From: the human T2T-CHM13v2.0 reference genome, Homo sapiens
Direction: 5' to 3' (one strand)
DNA: 64,000 nucleotides
NCBI RefSeq assembly: GCF_009914755.1
Contig: NC_060925.1
Shown here: piece after piece, positions 33,096 to 55,603 of the stretch
How the letters are laid out: every line of letters starts with the position of its first letter
How positions within the stretch are numbered: position 1 is the stretch's first letter
Program-made: the position numbers and the translations under genes
The notes under the pieces: generated by a model
Database searches by the model: none
Seen by the model: only the letters and a program-made list of their open reading frames with translations
What the model was told of the DNA's origin: nothing

Positions 33096-34000
33096 GGGGC
33101 CTGTAAATGGGCGTGAGGTGCTGATGTCCTTGCCTTGCTGGAAGATGTCACCATGTGGGGTTCAGCTGAGGTTGTAGCCACTCACTCGTTCCCAGGTCAG
33201 AGGTCAGCAGATGGGTGTTTCTGGGTGGGCCGTCAGGCATGGGCCTGTGCAACACAGAGCCCGTTCCTCAGGCGAGTGGTGCTGAGGTGCTCTGTGGTGA
33301 TGGGAACGGCAGAGGCTGGCAGGTGACTGAACTTAGCCCAGGGCAGCTCCACATCCTGGGAACACTTTCATGTAACCCCTTCTAGTTTTGAACTCTGCAG
33401 CAGGCTGGTGCTGTGTAGTGGCCACCCAGTCACCACCCTTGGAAGGGTGTCAGGGTCTGGGCTCGCATGCACCCTGCTCCCTTCTGCCAGCCTGCATCCT
33501 CTCCTCAGGCCTCCTTCCCACATCATCTGTCTTCTCTAAGTTAGGGAACCATATTTGAGACTTTCAAAAAGGGAACTTCTAGGTTTAAGCTCCTCCCAGT
33601 AGATTCCTGAACCCAATTATCAGGAAATCATCCTGAGCACTCACAGGTTCATTTAACACTCACTCATCAAGCACCTTCCTATGTGCTAGGTGCTGGGGAA
33701 AACTTGACCAAGGAAGAGTTCCTGTCCTGAAGCTTCCAGGACCCAGCTTTCCTTTTCTGGTGTGGCCTTGTAGCTAGTGCCTGGGCACAGGTGTTTTTCT
33801 TTTTGCAGTTTTACCTAGTGCTGGGAGTTCAGTTCTTTTTCCTCTAGAAAAATACCTCTGTGCTCCAGAGCCTAATTTTTCCCAGATGCATATTTAGCTC
33901 TAGGGAGAGGACTAGGAGGAAATCCCCCTCCCTTTAGCTGCCTGAACTGACTGAGGCCCACTCACTAGAGCCATGTTCAGTGCTACTGTGATTAGTAGTA

Positions 34001-34006
34001 ATTAAA
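34001..34006 (+). terminator. Candidate MANEAL poly(A) signal ATTAAA (alternative AATAAA at 34830-34835)
   Basis: Hexamer ~0.9 kb after the stop with T-rich sequence downstream. Confidence 0.6.
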
Positions 34007-34158
34007 TATGAACTGGTATTCTCAAGTAAGCATTCCTTTTGCTCTCTTTAAGACCTCACAGATTCTGACCTTAGATTCTGTGACAAACTGATACAGGAGC
34101 TGGGCTGGCTATGGCTTTACCACAACAAGTAGGTTTGCTTAAGAAATTACTAAACAAT

Positions 34159-35390
<1,232 letters not shown>

Positions 35391-35847
35391 GACTGAATCA
35401 GAATTTTGGGAACTAGGGTACAAGAGGGAAGGGGAGGAAGGAGGAAATAGACCCCAGTGGTCACCTCAAGGACACCCAGCCCCAGTTAGGTAACTGATAT
35501 TAAGCCCCACCAGAGAGATGAGCAGGCCTGGCCACCTGGCTTTGGGGCTTAGCTGGGGAAACCAAGGCAGGCAGGGACAGCTGAAAGGGTTGGATGTTGA
35601 CCTGTAGTAATTTACAGAAGGTAGCAACACTGGCTTCATTTAACACACACACAATCTGAAAAATACTAAACATGGGAAGGCCAGGGGGCAGAGGCAGCCA
35701 TTCTCACACACTGCTAACAGCAGTGTAACTTGACTCAGTTCTTTTGAAGGCTAATCCATACTGAGAGCCATAAATACTTCCTACACTTTGACCTACTCTC
35801 CTAAGGAAATAATTCAAAAGAAGAAAAACAAACCATTTACAAATATG

Positions 35848-35853
35848 TTTAAT
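35848..35853 (-). terminator. Candidate YRDC poly(A) signal ATTAAA (also AATAAA at 35994-35999 and 36048-36053)
   Basis: Minus-strand hexamers 0.8-1 kb past the YRDC stop. Confidence 0.55.
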
Positions 35854-36260
35854 AGCAGCATTTCTTTAAAGAAAAACAAAGTTCAAATGCCCAATAATAA
35901 TTATGTTTAACACTTGGTACACATATAAATAGACAAAAGGCTGCGGAGAACACTGGATTTAAATAAAGGTGTTATGGGTATAATTAACTATAATTTATTT
36001 TATGAATAAATAAGAAAAAAGTCCCTGGCTATAAAGGATAGTGGAGGTTTATTTCCCAATATTCTTCCATTTGGACTGAACCCCTGCCAACTAAGCAGAC
36101 ATCCCACTATTACACCAAAAAGACTGCTCTCCCTGCGAGCAATTACAATACATGACACCACTAGGCCCAATGGCTCAGAGGGAAGAGTGGCCTGTGGCTC
36201 TTCAATCTTTATCCAAACCTGGTTCTAGCTTCAGGAGCCTTTGGTCACCTGAGACTTTTT

Positions 36261-36391
36261 ATTTATTAATTTTTATGAGACGGAGTATTGCTATGTTGCC
36301 CAGGCTGATTCTGAACTCCTGGGCTCAAGCAGTTCTCCCGCCTGGGCCTCCCAGAATGTTGGGATTACAGGCATGAGCCACCACACGCAGC
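36261..36391 (-). mobile_element. Alu monomer (FLAM-like) in the YRDC 3'UTR
   Basis: 15-bp TSD CACCTGAGACTTTTT at 36246-36260 and 36392-36406. Confidence 0.88.
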
Positions 36392-36812
36392 CACCTGAGA
36401 CTTTTTAAACAGCACCAGCACTTCTGGCTGGTTTGAACCTTAAATGCCACCACCCACCAGAGAGGAGGCTCTCACTAGATTCTAAATCTGTTATTTAATT
36501 ACTTTTCAATTGAAAAACAAAACAGACAGAAGAAACTTATTAGAATAAGGCCACCTAGGAATGTTCTTAACTTTTCCATTCAGCTTTTGGCTGATATATG
36601 AAAATACAAATAAATACATCCTTTCCCCAGGTGCAAGGCTAAACCAGCAGCTCCAAGGGCTTGGTCTACAGTGCTCAGAAAGACACACTGCCTTAAAAGT
36701 CAGGCTAGTGCCCTAGCTCCGGTGGCCTCTGCAAATGAGGCCTTGACAGTCGTCAGTGGACAGACACATAGTATCCAGCACCAGGTCTTGGGCCTTCCTG
36801 CTTCCCAGAGTT

Positions 36813-36885
36813 TCACAGGTAGGACGCATGTGAGGGGAGCAGTCCGTACTTCTGTTGGAGGATGGCTGTAGTACTTTCCAGGGCA
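36813..36885 (-). CDS. YRDC: YRDC coding exon 5 (TGA)
   Basis: ALESTTAILQQKYGLLPSHASYL*; exons sum to 840 nt = 279 aa + stop. Confidence 0.95.
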
Positions 36886-37189
36886 CTGAGGAGGAAACAG
36901 GACAGTTACCAGTCTGACTTCTCAGAAGTCCCGAGCCCACCAGAGGCTGGTGAGCAGGGACATCGAAACTGGCTAGCCTTGTTAAGCCCTGTTCATCAAC
37001 CCTTGATGAAACCTTTTGAATCCTAAGAAAGCCAGGAAACTTAGTCCCACTGCAACTACCACTTCTCCAAACCTGGCCCACACTCCTTCAGGGCAACATA
37101 GGAGGCACCATCTTTATCTTGTCAAAGCTTTTTTGCATCTCTCCAACCTCCCTCAAATTATTTCCCCACACCACAGGAAAGAGACTTAC

Positions 37190-37332
37190 CAGCCTGGACG
37201 AATGATGCCAAACTTTCCGGGCACAGACAAATCAACCACAGTTGAGCCAAGGCGACACTCGGGGCTCTGGCCATCCCCAATTTGTCCCCCATCAATAACC
37301 AAGGACAACTGAGGCCAGAGATCCTGGAACTC
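37190..37332 (-). CDS. YRDC: YRDC coding exon 4
   Basis: EFQDLWPQLSLVIDGG...STVVDLSVPGKFGIIRPG; AG/GT boundaries. Confidence 0.96.
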
Positions 37333-37870
37333 CTGAGAAGAGGGAGAAGGAAGAGCATGGACACTATCCCTGGTGTATCCAATAATGTCAAACTGCACGC
37401 AGTCATCAAAGGCCATATAGTCTTAAAACAGAAGGCACTTTCCTCTAAGCAGAGAAAGGAGCTTCATTTAGTTAAGGTCAACTGTGCCAAAGACACTGTA
37501 TTCTATGAGGTTTGGAGGCCTCCTGGGTTAGCACTCCAAGTAACACCTATCTAGGGTTTAAAGAAAATCTTGCTATGTCAAAAGGAAATTTCACACATTG
37601 CTTCAGTTAGGGAAATATAAGTACAATGAATGGAGTTCTGGGCAGAGATACGGGCTATAACTCTAGACTTTCCATCGTATCTCCGTGTGACTGCATGCAA
37701 GTTACTCTATCCAGGCCTACAAGACAAGTGGGCTGGACTAGATGATCCTATGTCCTCATTTCATTTGTTCTAATCTATGTAGCCAAGACAGGACTAGGAT
37801 GATCTTTTCTTTGACCTGGCTTGCCGCAAAGATAAGAGAACAGGGTCAAGAGTCAAAAACTAGGTAAAAA

Positions 37871-38184
<314 letters not shown>

Positions 38185-39158
38185 TCACTTAATGGCTGCG
38201 TAACCTGGAACAAGTGATTCCAGCTCCTTCTAGCTCTAGAACTATGCTCCTGGATCTCACTGCGACTCTGATCAGGGTAGGAAGAGTAGAACATGGTAGA
38301 TTCTGCATGCCACCAGCACTCAGTCTTTGGGCTATGAGAAGGATACTCCCCCTAGAGCAGTGGACTGAATTGTTAACTGAGCTAGAGCTTCCCCAACCCC
38401 CCAAGGAAGACACTGCAGTGGCAGTTAGGCCTGGAAATCTGGGACAGGAAATCATAAATACCAGTTACTGTGTTGGACAGGTCAAATGATTGCTGACAAG
38501 GTAAAAACCTCCCCTCCCTGTGCCACATCCCGATTCTTGCTCCTGGGGTACAGCCACCAGGACCAAGTCAAACCTGCACTCTGAGAATGGGAAGGGATGC
38601 TGAACTCTCACTTTCTAAGAACCCTGAGCCCCACTCTAGGTCTGGGAATGGAAAACCCATCGAATGGAGTTCTGAGCAGGGATACGGGCTCTAACTCTGG
38701 ACTTTCCATCGTATCTCTATGTGACTGCACGCAAGTTACTCTATCCAGGCTTATTAGCTGGATGTAATAAGCCCAAGGAAGGCCCAAGGCCTGATGCTGG
38801 ATACTATGTGTGATACTATGTGTCTGGCCGAGTCTGGGGACACAATGTAGCTTATTACTACGTTTTACATCTTAGTAATAAGAAAAAAAACGAAATTTCT
38901 ATGTGTCCTCCTTTGTTCTAATCTATGTAGCCAAGAAAGGATTAGGATGATCCTTTCTTTGATCTGGCTTGTGGCAGAGATAAGAGAACAGGGGCGAGAA
39001 TCAAAAACTGGTTAAAAATCTGAGTCAGTCACTTAATGGCTGTGTGACCTGGAACAAGTGATTTAACTTTCTGGAGGCTAAACTTCATCTTTTTTTTTTT
39101 TTTTAAGAGACAGAGTCTCGCTCTAGAGCCCTGCCTGGAGTACAGTGGCACAATCTGA

Positions 39159-39417
<259 letters not shown>

Positions 39418-39744
39418 TGAAGATTTATAGCCTAACTGTGTTCTCCAGAAACTGTTATCTCCAGAAAAACAGGAAGACATTGTTCTTATAATCTTTCCTA
39501 TTATTATAAAGACTGAAGAAAAGACCAATTCTCCCCCTGGCTTTTCAGACTTTGAGATAAAATCTTTCAAATTTTTTTAATTTATATTGCCCCCCACCAC
39601 CTCCCTGCCAGCTGGGCAACCTTCCCACTGTTGGCCCAAGAACTCTCATGCCTGGCCATCCCAGTGTACTATCAATGCCACTGATTCACAGAAAACAGTA
39701 TGTGCGCTGGTGACATTTCCAGGGGAAGGACTGGGTAAACTCAC

Positions 39745-39864
39745 CTCGACATTCAGAGAACTGGCCTGGGAGCTGAGGTTGGCACTAGTGAGAGCAAGCG
39801 GACCCTCAAACATCTGAGCCAAGTCTTGCATAAAAGCATGATCAGGAATCCGAATGCCTACAAG
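39745..39864 (-). CDS. YRDC: YRDC coding exon 3
   Basis: LVGIRIPDHAF...PLALTSANLS (Sua5/YrdC SAN motif); AG/GT boundaries. Confidence 0.96.
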
Positions 39865-39988
39865 CTGTAAGGCAAGGGGAAAGGGATCATGAGAAAGGTT
39901 GGAAGGGATAAGAGGGTAAGTCTTATCTGGATCCTAGTGAAAGCCAAGTGGCCTGGAGTCTGGGGACACAAGAGAAAACTTGACTCAC

Positions 39989-40103
39989 AGGCGTAAAAGG
40001 GTTTAGGTCCTTGTTGAGCTCCTCCGAGCGTTCCATCACCAGGGTCACTGGTCCTGGCAGTAGGTCTTTCAGGAGCCCCTCAGGTACTCTCACACGGCAG
40101 TAT
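39989..40103 (-). CDS. YRDC: YRDC coding exon 2
   Basis: YCRVRVPEGLLKDLLPGPVTLV; AG/GT boundaries. Confidence 0.96.
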
Positions 40104-40679
40104 CTGGGAAACACAGAAGAATAAATCCATTCAAAATTGAAGGGCCACTGGTGGTCCTTTCCTAGACTCTAGGCAGACGTAGAAAAGGAATCCTTCGAGT
40201 TTACAATGGGAGCCGCCTGTCTCCCTGCTTCACCTCCCTAAGAGCTTGAGCAGAAAGCAGGGCTCCAGAGGCGCACCCCTGGCTTGACGCCCATGTGCCT
40301 CTGGTCTCAGGGACTACAACAGCTGCACCGCTGTGATATCATGATAGTGGGATCAAGCTCCACGTTTTATTTTCTTCAAGGCATTCGCTATTAAATTAAG
40401 CTACTGTGTTTGTTTGCTTTTTTCCCGGGGGCCTCCCCAATTAGCACAAATACGCCAAGGGAACAGGGTCCCTGCCTTTCTCGTGTGTTGCTGCTTCCCA
40501 GCAGCATGTAGTTCAGGGCCCGGGGCACGTTAAGTCCTCGGTACATATTTCCAGTTCCGGATTCCTTGGTGAGCCTGGACAAGCCCCTCCCGCTCTCTGC
40601 GCCTCAGTCTCCCAAGCCTGTCACCGGAAACCCCTCCCGCGGTGCCGCCCCTAGCGGGGCCGGGTCGGGGCGGCCTTAC

Positions 40680-41068
40680 CTGTAGACGTCGGCCACGCGG
40701 CCGAGGCATACGGCCAGAGGCTTGGCCTCGCTGCGACCCTTGAGGCGGTACACAGCGCGCAGAGCCGCCGAGCAGCTCGCCGCGCAGGCCAGGCCGTACA
40801 GCGTATCGGTGGGGACGGCCACCACGGCGCCGGCGCGCAGCTCGGCCACGGCGGCCCGCAGCGCCTCGGTCCAGCCGGCGCGCTCCGGGCTCGCGGCCTG
40901 CACGGCCCCGCTCCCCGGGAGCCGCAACAGCCGGGCGCCGGGGGCCGCCGGAGCGGGACTCGGCGGGCGGAAGAGGCGACCGCTCCGGGAGCCAGCAGGC
41001 CCCTCGCTCAACCCCACGCTGGCAGCCACCGCGGCCCTCATCCCCCTGCACCGACGCGCCGGAGACAT
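40680..41068 (-). CDS. YRDC: YRDC coding exon 1 (threonylcarbamoyl-AMP synthase, t6A tRNA modification)
   Basis: MSPARRCRGM..., VPTDTLYGL and LKGR..KPL YrdC/Sua5 motifs; donor gtaagg. Confidence 0.97.
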
Positions 41069-41292
41069 CCGCCCAGGCCCGCTTCCGGGAGGAAGTGACG
41101 CTCCCAGCCAGCTTCCGGTCCAGGAGACTCGGCCCCGCCTCTGCGCCGGGCAGCTTAAAGGGACCACGACCCCCAGGAGGATTGAAGGAGACCGGTGGGG
41201 ACGGGGCGGGGCGCAGCCTTGCGAAGCCCTAACGCAGCGCTGGGGAGGGGGGCGGCCGAAAGGGGGGCGGTGGTCGGGCCGCGCAAGCGGAG
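41069..41292. promoter_or_regulatory. Compact bidirectional CpG-island promoter for YRDC and C1orf122
   Basis: 224 bp between divergent ATGs; ETS/GABP cores CTTCCGG (41082, 41112) and GGAAGTGACG (41091-41100); GC boxes 41131-41140 and 41203-41212. Confidence 0.85.
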
Positions 41293-41327
41293 ATGGAATG
41301 GGGCCCGGGCTCAGACTGGTCACGGGG
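41293..41327 (+). CDS. C1orf122: C1orf122 coding exon 1
   Basis: MEWGPGSDWSRG; donor gtgaga. Confidence 0.88.
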
Positions 41328-41389
41328 GTGAGAGGGGGCCCGTCGGGGCGGGAGGAAGGGGCTTGGCCCCGCGCAAGCGCCGGCCCTGA

Positions 41390-41743
<354 letters not shown>

Positions 41744-41865
41744 TGATCTGGTGAGAGGTTTCGAAAAAGTTAATACTATCCAAATGCCAAATGGCCACAT
41801 CCTTGTGGGGCCTAATCCAAGGCCTTGCCTCCCAGCCTCACTTTTTTCCTTTCTGTTCCAACTAG

Positions 41866-41961
<96 letters not shown>

Positions 41962-42317
41962 CCATCCCCGAGCAGAATACCCTGACTTCTCTCCCTCCCC
42001 AGGGCCGGTGGCTGGACTCTGAACAACTCCCTTCAGTAAAGGGGCCAGTCTTCACTGGCAGTGGCTGGTACTTGGCTCTCAGCCTGGAGTGGCAGCTCTG
42101 CTAGCAGCTGGGTTCACTCCCACTTCATCCTGGCTGAAAGCAGTGCTGTGCTTTGAAATGCAGCCAATGAATACCCAGTCTGATTACCCAGATTTGGGCA
42201 GACCAGCAGTGCTCGCCAGAGTGGTCTGGCCTGCTATGGGGGATCCAGGTGGTGTTACATGTCCATTTCATGTTTTGGGGGCTTTTAGCCCCACAAAACA
42301 CCTTCAGTAGAGCCTTG

Positions 42318-42323
42318 ATTAAA
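42318..42323 (+). terminator. Candidate C1orf122 poly(A) signal ATTAAA
   Basis: Hexamer ~360 nt after the stop, T-rich element downstream. Confidence 0.65.
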
Positions 42324-42459
42324 AGGAAACCTGCAGACTCTCCTGGTGACCGACGTTTCCTTTCTGTCCCCTCTCCAAGACTGATGGCTGGGAAGGGGGG
42401 AGTGGTGGAAAAATGTCAACTATGGGCAGGGTTGGTAAGAAATGCCACAGATACTACCA

Positions 42460-48023
<5,564 letters not shown>

Positions 48024-48454
48024 TCACTTGGAGAAGCTGCTGGTGAGGCCCATCTCCTCCTCCCCCTGCAGTAGTGCTTCAATGGGAATCAGATTGGACG
48101 GGGTGTCCAGGCTCTGGAGGGATAGAAACTCTGACACATCCATGGCACTTAATGTTTCTGTCTGAGGGTCTGAAGGAGTCTCTGCTTGTCGGCTTTGCTC
48201 ACAGGAGGAGGGCAAGGTAGAGGATGATGACCCGGGAACAGGGGCTGAAGAGAAAGTCTGCGCTGGGAGCTGCAGGCTGGGCCCATCAGGAGCCTGGGGG
48301 CTCGGCTCTGGAGGGGGTGGGGAGGAGCAGCCCTTTCTCCTGCTGGATGCCCGCTCCTTTGCAGAGTCCCGGCATGCACACTGACACTGACATGCCTCTT
48401 CTTGTTTGATGATGATCACAGGAACACTGAGGCCAATCTGCTGGACAGAGCTCC
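48024..48454 (-). CDS. MTF1: MTF1 last coding exon (metal regulatory transcription factor 1 C-terminus with the CQCQCAC cysteine cluster)
   Basis: [34 protein letters not shown]...GLTSSFSK*; acceptor tctcgcag. Confidence 0.97.
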
Positions 48455-49156
48455 CTGCGAGAGAGGCAAGAGAGACTGCTCTTCAAGTAGCTGCAGGGGC
48501 AGGAGCATGAGGGACAGGGATACATGGACTAGGTGAGAGCAGAGTGCCATGGGAACCATGGGAAGGATGGTTGCCACACTTCGGGCTTCGTTCTGCTTTA
48601 AATTGGACCACATGCCCTCTGAGGTAAAAGAGGGACACTCCCCAGCCCGAGACAAAGTCCCGTTTCCTTAGAAAGTCACACACACGATCTAGATGCACCC
48701 TGTATTTCCAGCTTCATTTCCAGTCATTCTCCATTGCACCCTCCCTGTGGAGGCCTACTTTTCCTGACACGTTCTTTATACCCCTGGGCCTGTGGGCTCT
48801 TCCTTACGACTAAAATCCCTGGACACCTCTCTTCTGGAGAACTGACACTCATCTTTCAAGACCTAGCTCACTCCCCCACTCTCTGTAGGCCTATGCAGAG
48901 GACTAGCTTGGATGAAGCCGGTACCCAGCCTCCCGGCACACATGCACAGTGCTGCTGTTTTCCTTCCACACCTCTCTCCTTGCGGTACAGGACCTGCTTG
49001 GTTCTGCCTGCCCAGGAGACTCTGAGCTCCTTTAGGACATCTTACTCATCTCTCTTTCTCTCATGTGTTGTACGAACACTTGCTCCATATTCAGCCAGGC
49101 TTTGTGTGTCTTGACAGAGCTAAAGACCAATGGGCAGGATGAGGTGCAGTGGCTCA

Positions 49157-49597
<441 letters not shown>

Positions 49598-50306
49598 TTA
49601 GCCAGGCATGGTGGTGGAGCATGCCTATGGTCCCAGCTACTTGGGGGGCTGAGGCAAGAGGATTGCCTGAACTCAGGAGGCCCAGGCTGCAGTGAGCTGT
49701 GATCGTGCCACCATACTGCAGCCTGGGTGACAGTGAGACCTTGTCTCAAAAACAAAACAAAACAAAGGCCAGTGGGCAGGAGAACAGGGTGGGAACGGGG
49801 AGGCCTGACAACTAGTGCTTTGGTTCCACCACAGATTCACTTACAACCTTGGGGGAGTCAATTAATTTTTCTGGGTCCCAGTGTCTTAATCTATAAAATA
49901 AAGAATTTGAATAAAAGGAACTTTCAGCTCTATATGTGTCTCTGACCCAGATGCTATTTCTTCATTACTGTAATTAGAAAAGAGTCCAGTGAATTAACAA
50001 CTGCCCTCTTTAGCATTAGCTGTGATTCAAAAATTTTTTTCTGGCTACATTTTAAAGCTGTATCTGAAAGGGAAAGAACTGTTACTAGTTAAAGAATGTT
50101 AAACACGGTATTTTGGCCAGACGTATACTAACTTCTAATAGTTGTGAGAATATGAAATACTCTAGCCAACAATACAATGTGAAGAATTTAACTGAGGCTG
50201 TTTAAAGATTTTTAAAGTTTTAGAAACTGGGACAAAGCAATAATTAGCTGTGCCTCAAGGGACCCACAGAGTTGCCTTCTCTTAAGGCTAACATGGAATT
50301 ACATAC

Positions 50307-50370
50307 CTGGGCTACTGGCTACTGGTACTGCAGTGGTAAAAAACACCTTCTCAACTTTAGATGCTTGCTG
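50307..50370 (-). CDS. MTF1: MTF1 penultimate coding exon
   Basis: QQASKVEKVFFTTAVPVASSP; tttttcag and gtatgt; frame links the flanking exons. Confidence 0.95.
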
Positions 50371-51008
50371 CTGAAAAAAGAAAAAGAAATCTCATTTATA
50401 GCCACTGTAATATGGCAGATCCCCAGGGACCTGAAGCCTCACCAACTGTAATGGTCATCCAAGAAGACAGAAAACCCTTAGTGTTCAGGGATTTTTGTAC
50501 TGAGTGATGTTTTGTTTGTGCTCTGACATGAGGTCACTGCACTGTTTGACATTCAGTGCTGACAACGTAGTTAGCTTTGTACGCCACTAGTTGGCTGGCT
50601 CCCAGCTGCCTAATCCAGTAGGTTCTGTATCCAAAGGCTCCTCCTCCTCCAAGGTTGCTTTTCTCAAGCAGATTGTCTTCTCAGAGGGATCCCAGGGCTA
50701 GCTTTCCTTCAGGCTCTCCACATTCCCTGCTGCCCCCTAGTACTTCTAAGAAAGCTGGAAAGTTCTTTTTTTCCCCCTCAGAGATTAAGCTGCATGCCAA
50801 GGACAGGTTAAGGCTTCCTCTCACAGGTAGACAGCCCTGTAAAGGCCTTGTGCTGTAAGGTGCACAGCATAGTTCAAGGGTGGGCCCTGGATTCAGCCAC
50901 ACTTGGATTCAAGTCCAAGCTCTGCCACTTATTAGTTGTTGGTGTTGGGCATGTGATTTAACTTCTTAAGAGTCTTGTTTCCCCACCTGTAAAAACAGGA
51001 ATAATAAC

Positions 51009-52125
<1,117 letters not shown>

Positions 52126-52429
52126 ATAACCAAAAACCTCTTCAAAGGCCTCTGTGAGGATGAAATGAGATGATGCACGTAGGACACTTGGCACATGGTG
52201 AACATTCAGTAAACATTCATTATTTAAGACCGGGCGCGGTGGCTCACGCCTGTAATCCCAGCACTTTGGGAGGCCAAAGCGGGCGGATCACCTGAGGTCA
52301 GGAGTTCCAGAACATTATTTATATTATTACTAAGTAGGACTATAAACCTATGCCCAGAAAATCACCCTTTTCGCTCTAGTATACTTCCTATTACATGGGC
52401 TAAAAGGTTTCCACTTTCTTGAAGTCTTA

Positions 52430-52981
<552 letters not shown>

Positions 52982-53419
52982 TCACAATACTGGAAAGCCC
53001 TTTCCAATGACTCTAGCTATCTAGAAATGGACATAGGCTCTCTAGATCTAGACGGGGTTGGCACCCTAGTTCTGGAATTTGAGTGTTCTCCCTGTTGAGC
53101 CCCAAATGGCCTTTCTAGTGTGTCTAATAGTAGCATACATCCACCTCTAGGTTCTCCAACTTAGTACATCCTTTTCTCCATCTAATTCCTACCCATATCT
53201 CAAGGCTGACCTGACCTGTATGGCCACCCAACAAACCATTAGTGTCTGAACCCCTCAACGCAGTGGCCAAGAGCCACCAACTCTGGGATCAATCTGCTTA
53301 TGCTTAAATCCCAGCTTTGCCACTTGTGAGCTCTGTGAACTTCAGCCAGTCACTTAACCTCTCTGGACCTCTGCTCTCCATTGGGAAAATTAGACCTACC
53401 TCCTAGGATTGTTGTAATA

Positions 53420-54170
53420 TGTTAAAATGTGTTTTGTGTGACATATAGAGCTGCAGCTATACAGAGATAGTAAAAATATCAATGATTGCTAGGGGAGAGG
53501 GAAGTGGTAGAAGGGATGAATAAGTGAAGGACAAGGAATTTTAAAAAATGTGAAACTATTCTGGATATTGCTTAATGGTAGATACATGACATTATGCATT
53601 TGTCAAAACCAATAGAACTGTACAGCACAAAGAATGGACCCTAAACTATGGACTTTAGATAACAATAATGTATCAATACTGGTTCATCAGTTGTAACCAA
53701 TGTACCACACTGTTGCAAGATGTTAGTAATAGGGGAAAAAAACAAGATGATAGGGAGAAAAAACAATAATAATAATAGGGGAGGGCTGGGCATGATGGCT
53801 CACGCCTATAGTCCCAGCACTTTGGGAGACGGAGGCAGGCAGATTGCTTGGGTCTAGGAGTTCAAGACCAGTCTGGGCAACATGGCGAAACCCCGTCTCT
53901 ACAAAAAATACAAAAAATTAGCCAGTCATGGTGGTGGGTGCCTGTAGTCCCAGTTAGGAAGCTAAGGTGGGAAGATGGCTTGAGCTCAAGAGGTGGAGGT
54001 TGTAGTGAGCTGAGATCGCACCACTGCACTCTAGCCTGGGTGACAGAGCCTCAAAATATATAATAATAATAATAATAATAGGAGAAACTAGGGGTGGGGA
54101 AAGGGTTTATGGAAACTCTCTGTACCATCTGTTCAATAAAGTCCAAAAAAAAGTAATCTAAAAATAATGT
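53420..54170 (+). mobile_element. Old L1M 3' end interrupted by an Alu
   Basis: gatacatgacattatgcatttgtcaaaacc...ggaaactctctgtac motifs. Confidence 0.7.
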
Positions 54171-55007
54171 ACGTAGGTAATAACTGACACATTGCAGATC
54201 CTCAATTTTAAAAAATATGTAGCACAATAAGTCCTTACACATAGTAAGGACTCAATGAATAATAGCTGTTGATGTTTTTTAAATTACCATTATTAGTATT
54301 TAATATTTAACCTACTGGTAATATTAACTTTCTTTTTGGCATTTTTAGCCTCTTTAACTAGAATATATGTTTTTATAAAAAATAAATCATGTTTTTTCTC
54401 TTTTCTGTATCCTCCAGATACTCAGTATAGTGTCTGGCAAATATTAGGCTTTCAAAGTTGTGAGATTGGCCACCCTGAGACAATTCTTCACGATGAAGCA
54501 TTAACTGAATGACCAAGTCATTTCCCTAGTCATCAAGACCAAGTACTTCCTCAGAAAATGATTCTATGATGGGCTGTGGGAGCACAAGTTAGCTCTCTGA
54601 CTTGGCCACTGCTGTCCGGTGCCATCTGACTGGGTCACATCAGTCCCTCACATCAGTCTGACTCTGCCTTGAAAACAACCTTTTTCTGGAATATTCTGGG
54701 ACCTCTGGAGTTTGCTGACTGCTTTTTTATACTAGATGATGTGATTAGATTCCAGTATCAGTAGGAATATTTGTTTGAGTGCCTCCTGCTAGATAAAGAC
54801 TGTTTCTCTGCCTCCTTACTATAGGTACTGACCACAGCATTTCCTACGTTTATACCACTTGATTATGTGGAAAATGACTAAAAGGTAGAATTACATGTTT
54901 CACGGTGGATATGACAGCCACTTTTCTTTTTGAAGTAAAAGCTTCTGAACATGTCACCTATGTAAATACACTTCACCCCACTGGGTATATTCATACATAA
55001 TACTTAC

Positions 55008-55603
55008 AATTTGTTCTTGGTTTTGTGGAGAACTGGTGGCACCATTTAATATCCATTGTAAGTTCTGTTCTCCCATGACTAGGCTGGACTGCAGGATAGC
55101 TGTGTTGGGAGTTGGGGTGATGGTTATTGTGGGATTATTAGTTAGGACAGAGTTGGCACCCAGGGGCAGAGTCTGGACCATGGCTGGCAGGGGCTCAGTA
55201 GTACTTTGTGGTGGGGCTGGTGCTGCCACAGCTGATGCCACTGCCGCTGCTGATGCAGAAGCCCCAGCAACAACAGAAAGTCCTGGTACAATGGGCTGCG
55301 GTGCCTGGGGGTGCGGAAGAAACTCTTGATGATTAGCAGCAAACTGTGTGCTGTGGGGAACAGGCACTTCTGGAGGTTGTAAGAGAGCAGGGGGGTTGCC
55401 AAATGCAGCTTGCTGGGAGCCAGGTCCTAGGGAGGGAGCAGGCGGAGGAGCAGACGGAGCTGAGGCAGGTAGTAGAGGCTGGGGTGGCTCGGAGAGGCCA
55501 GGTTGCAGTACAAGTGGAAGAGATAAAGATGCTGAATTTCCTGTGGATGGCGGAACATCACTGACTGACTCTGCATCACCATTAAAACTTTCAGTCAAGG
55601 AAG
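55008..55603 (-). CDS. MTF1: MTF1 coding exon (Pro-rich and Ser/Thr-rich activation regions)
   Basis: [23 protein letters not shown]...[22 protein letters not shown]; ttgccag and gtaagt. Confidence 0.97.
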
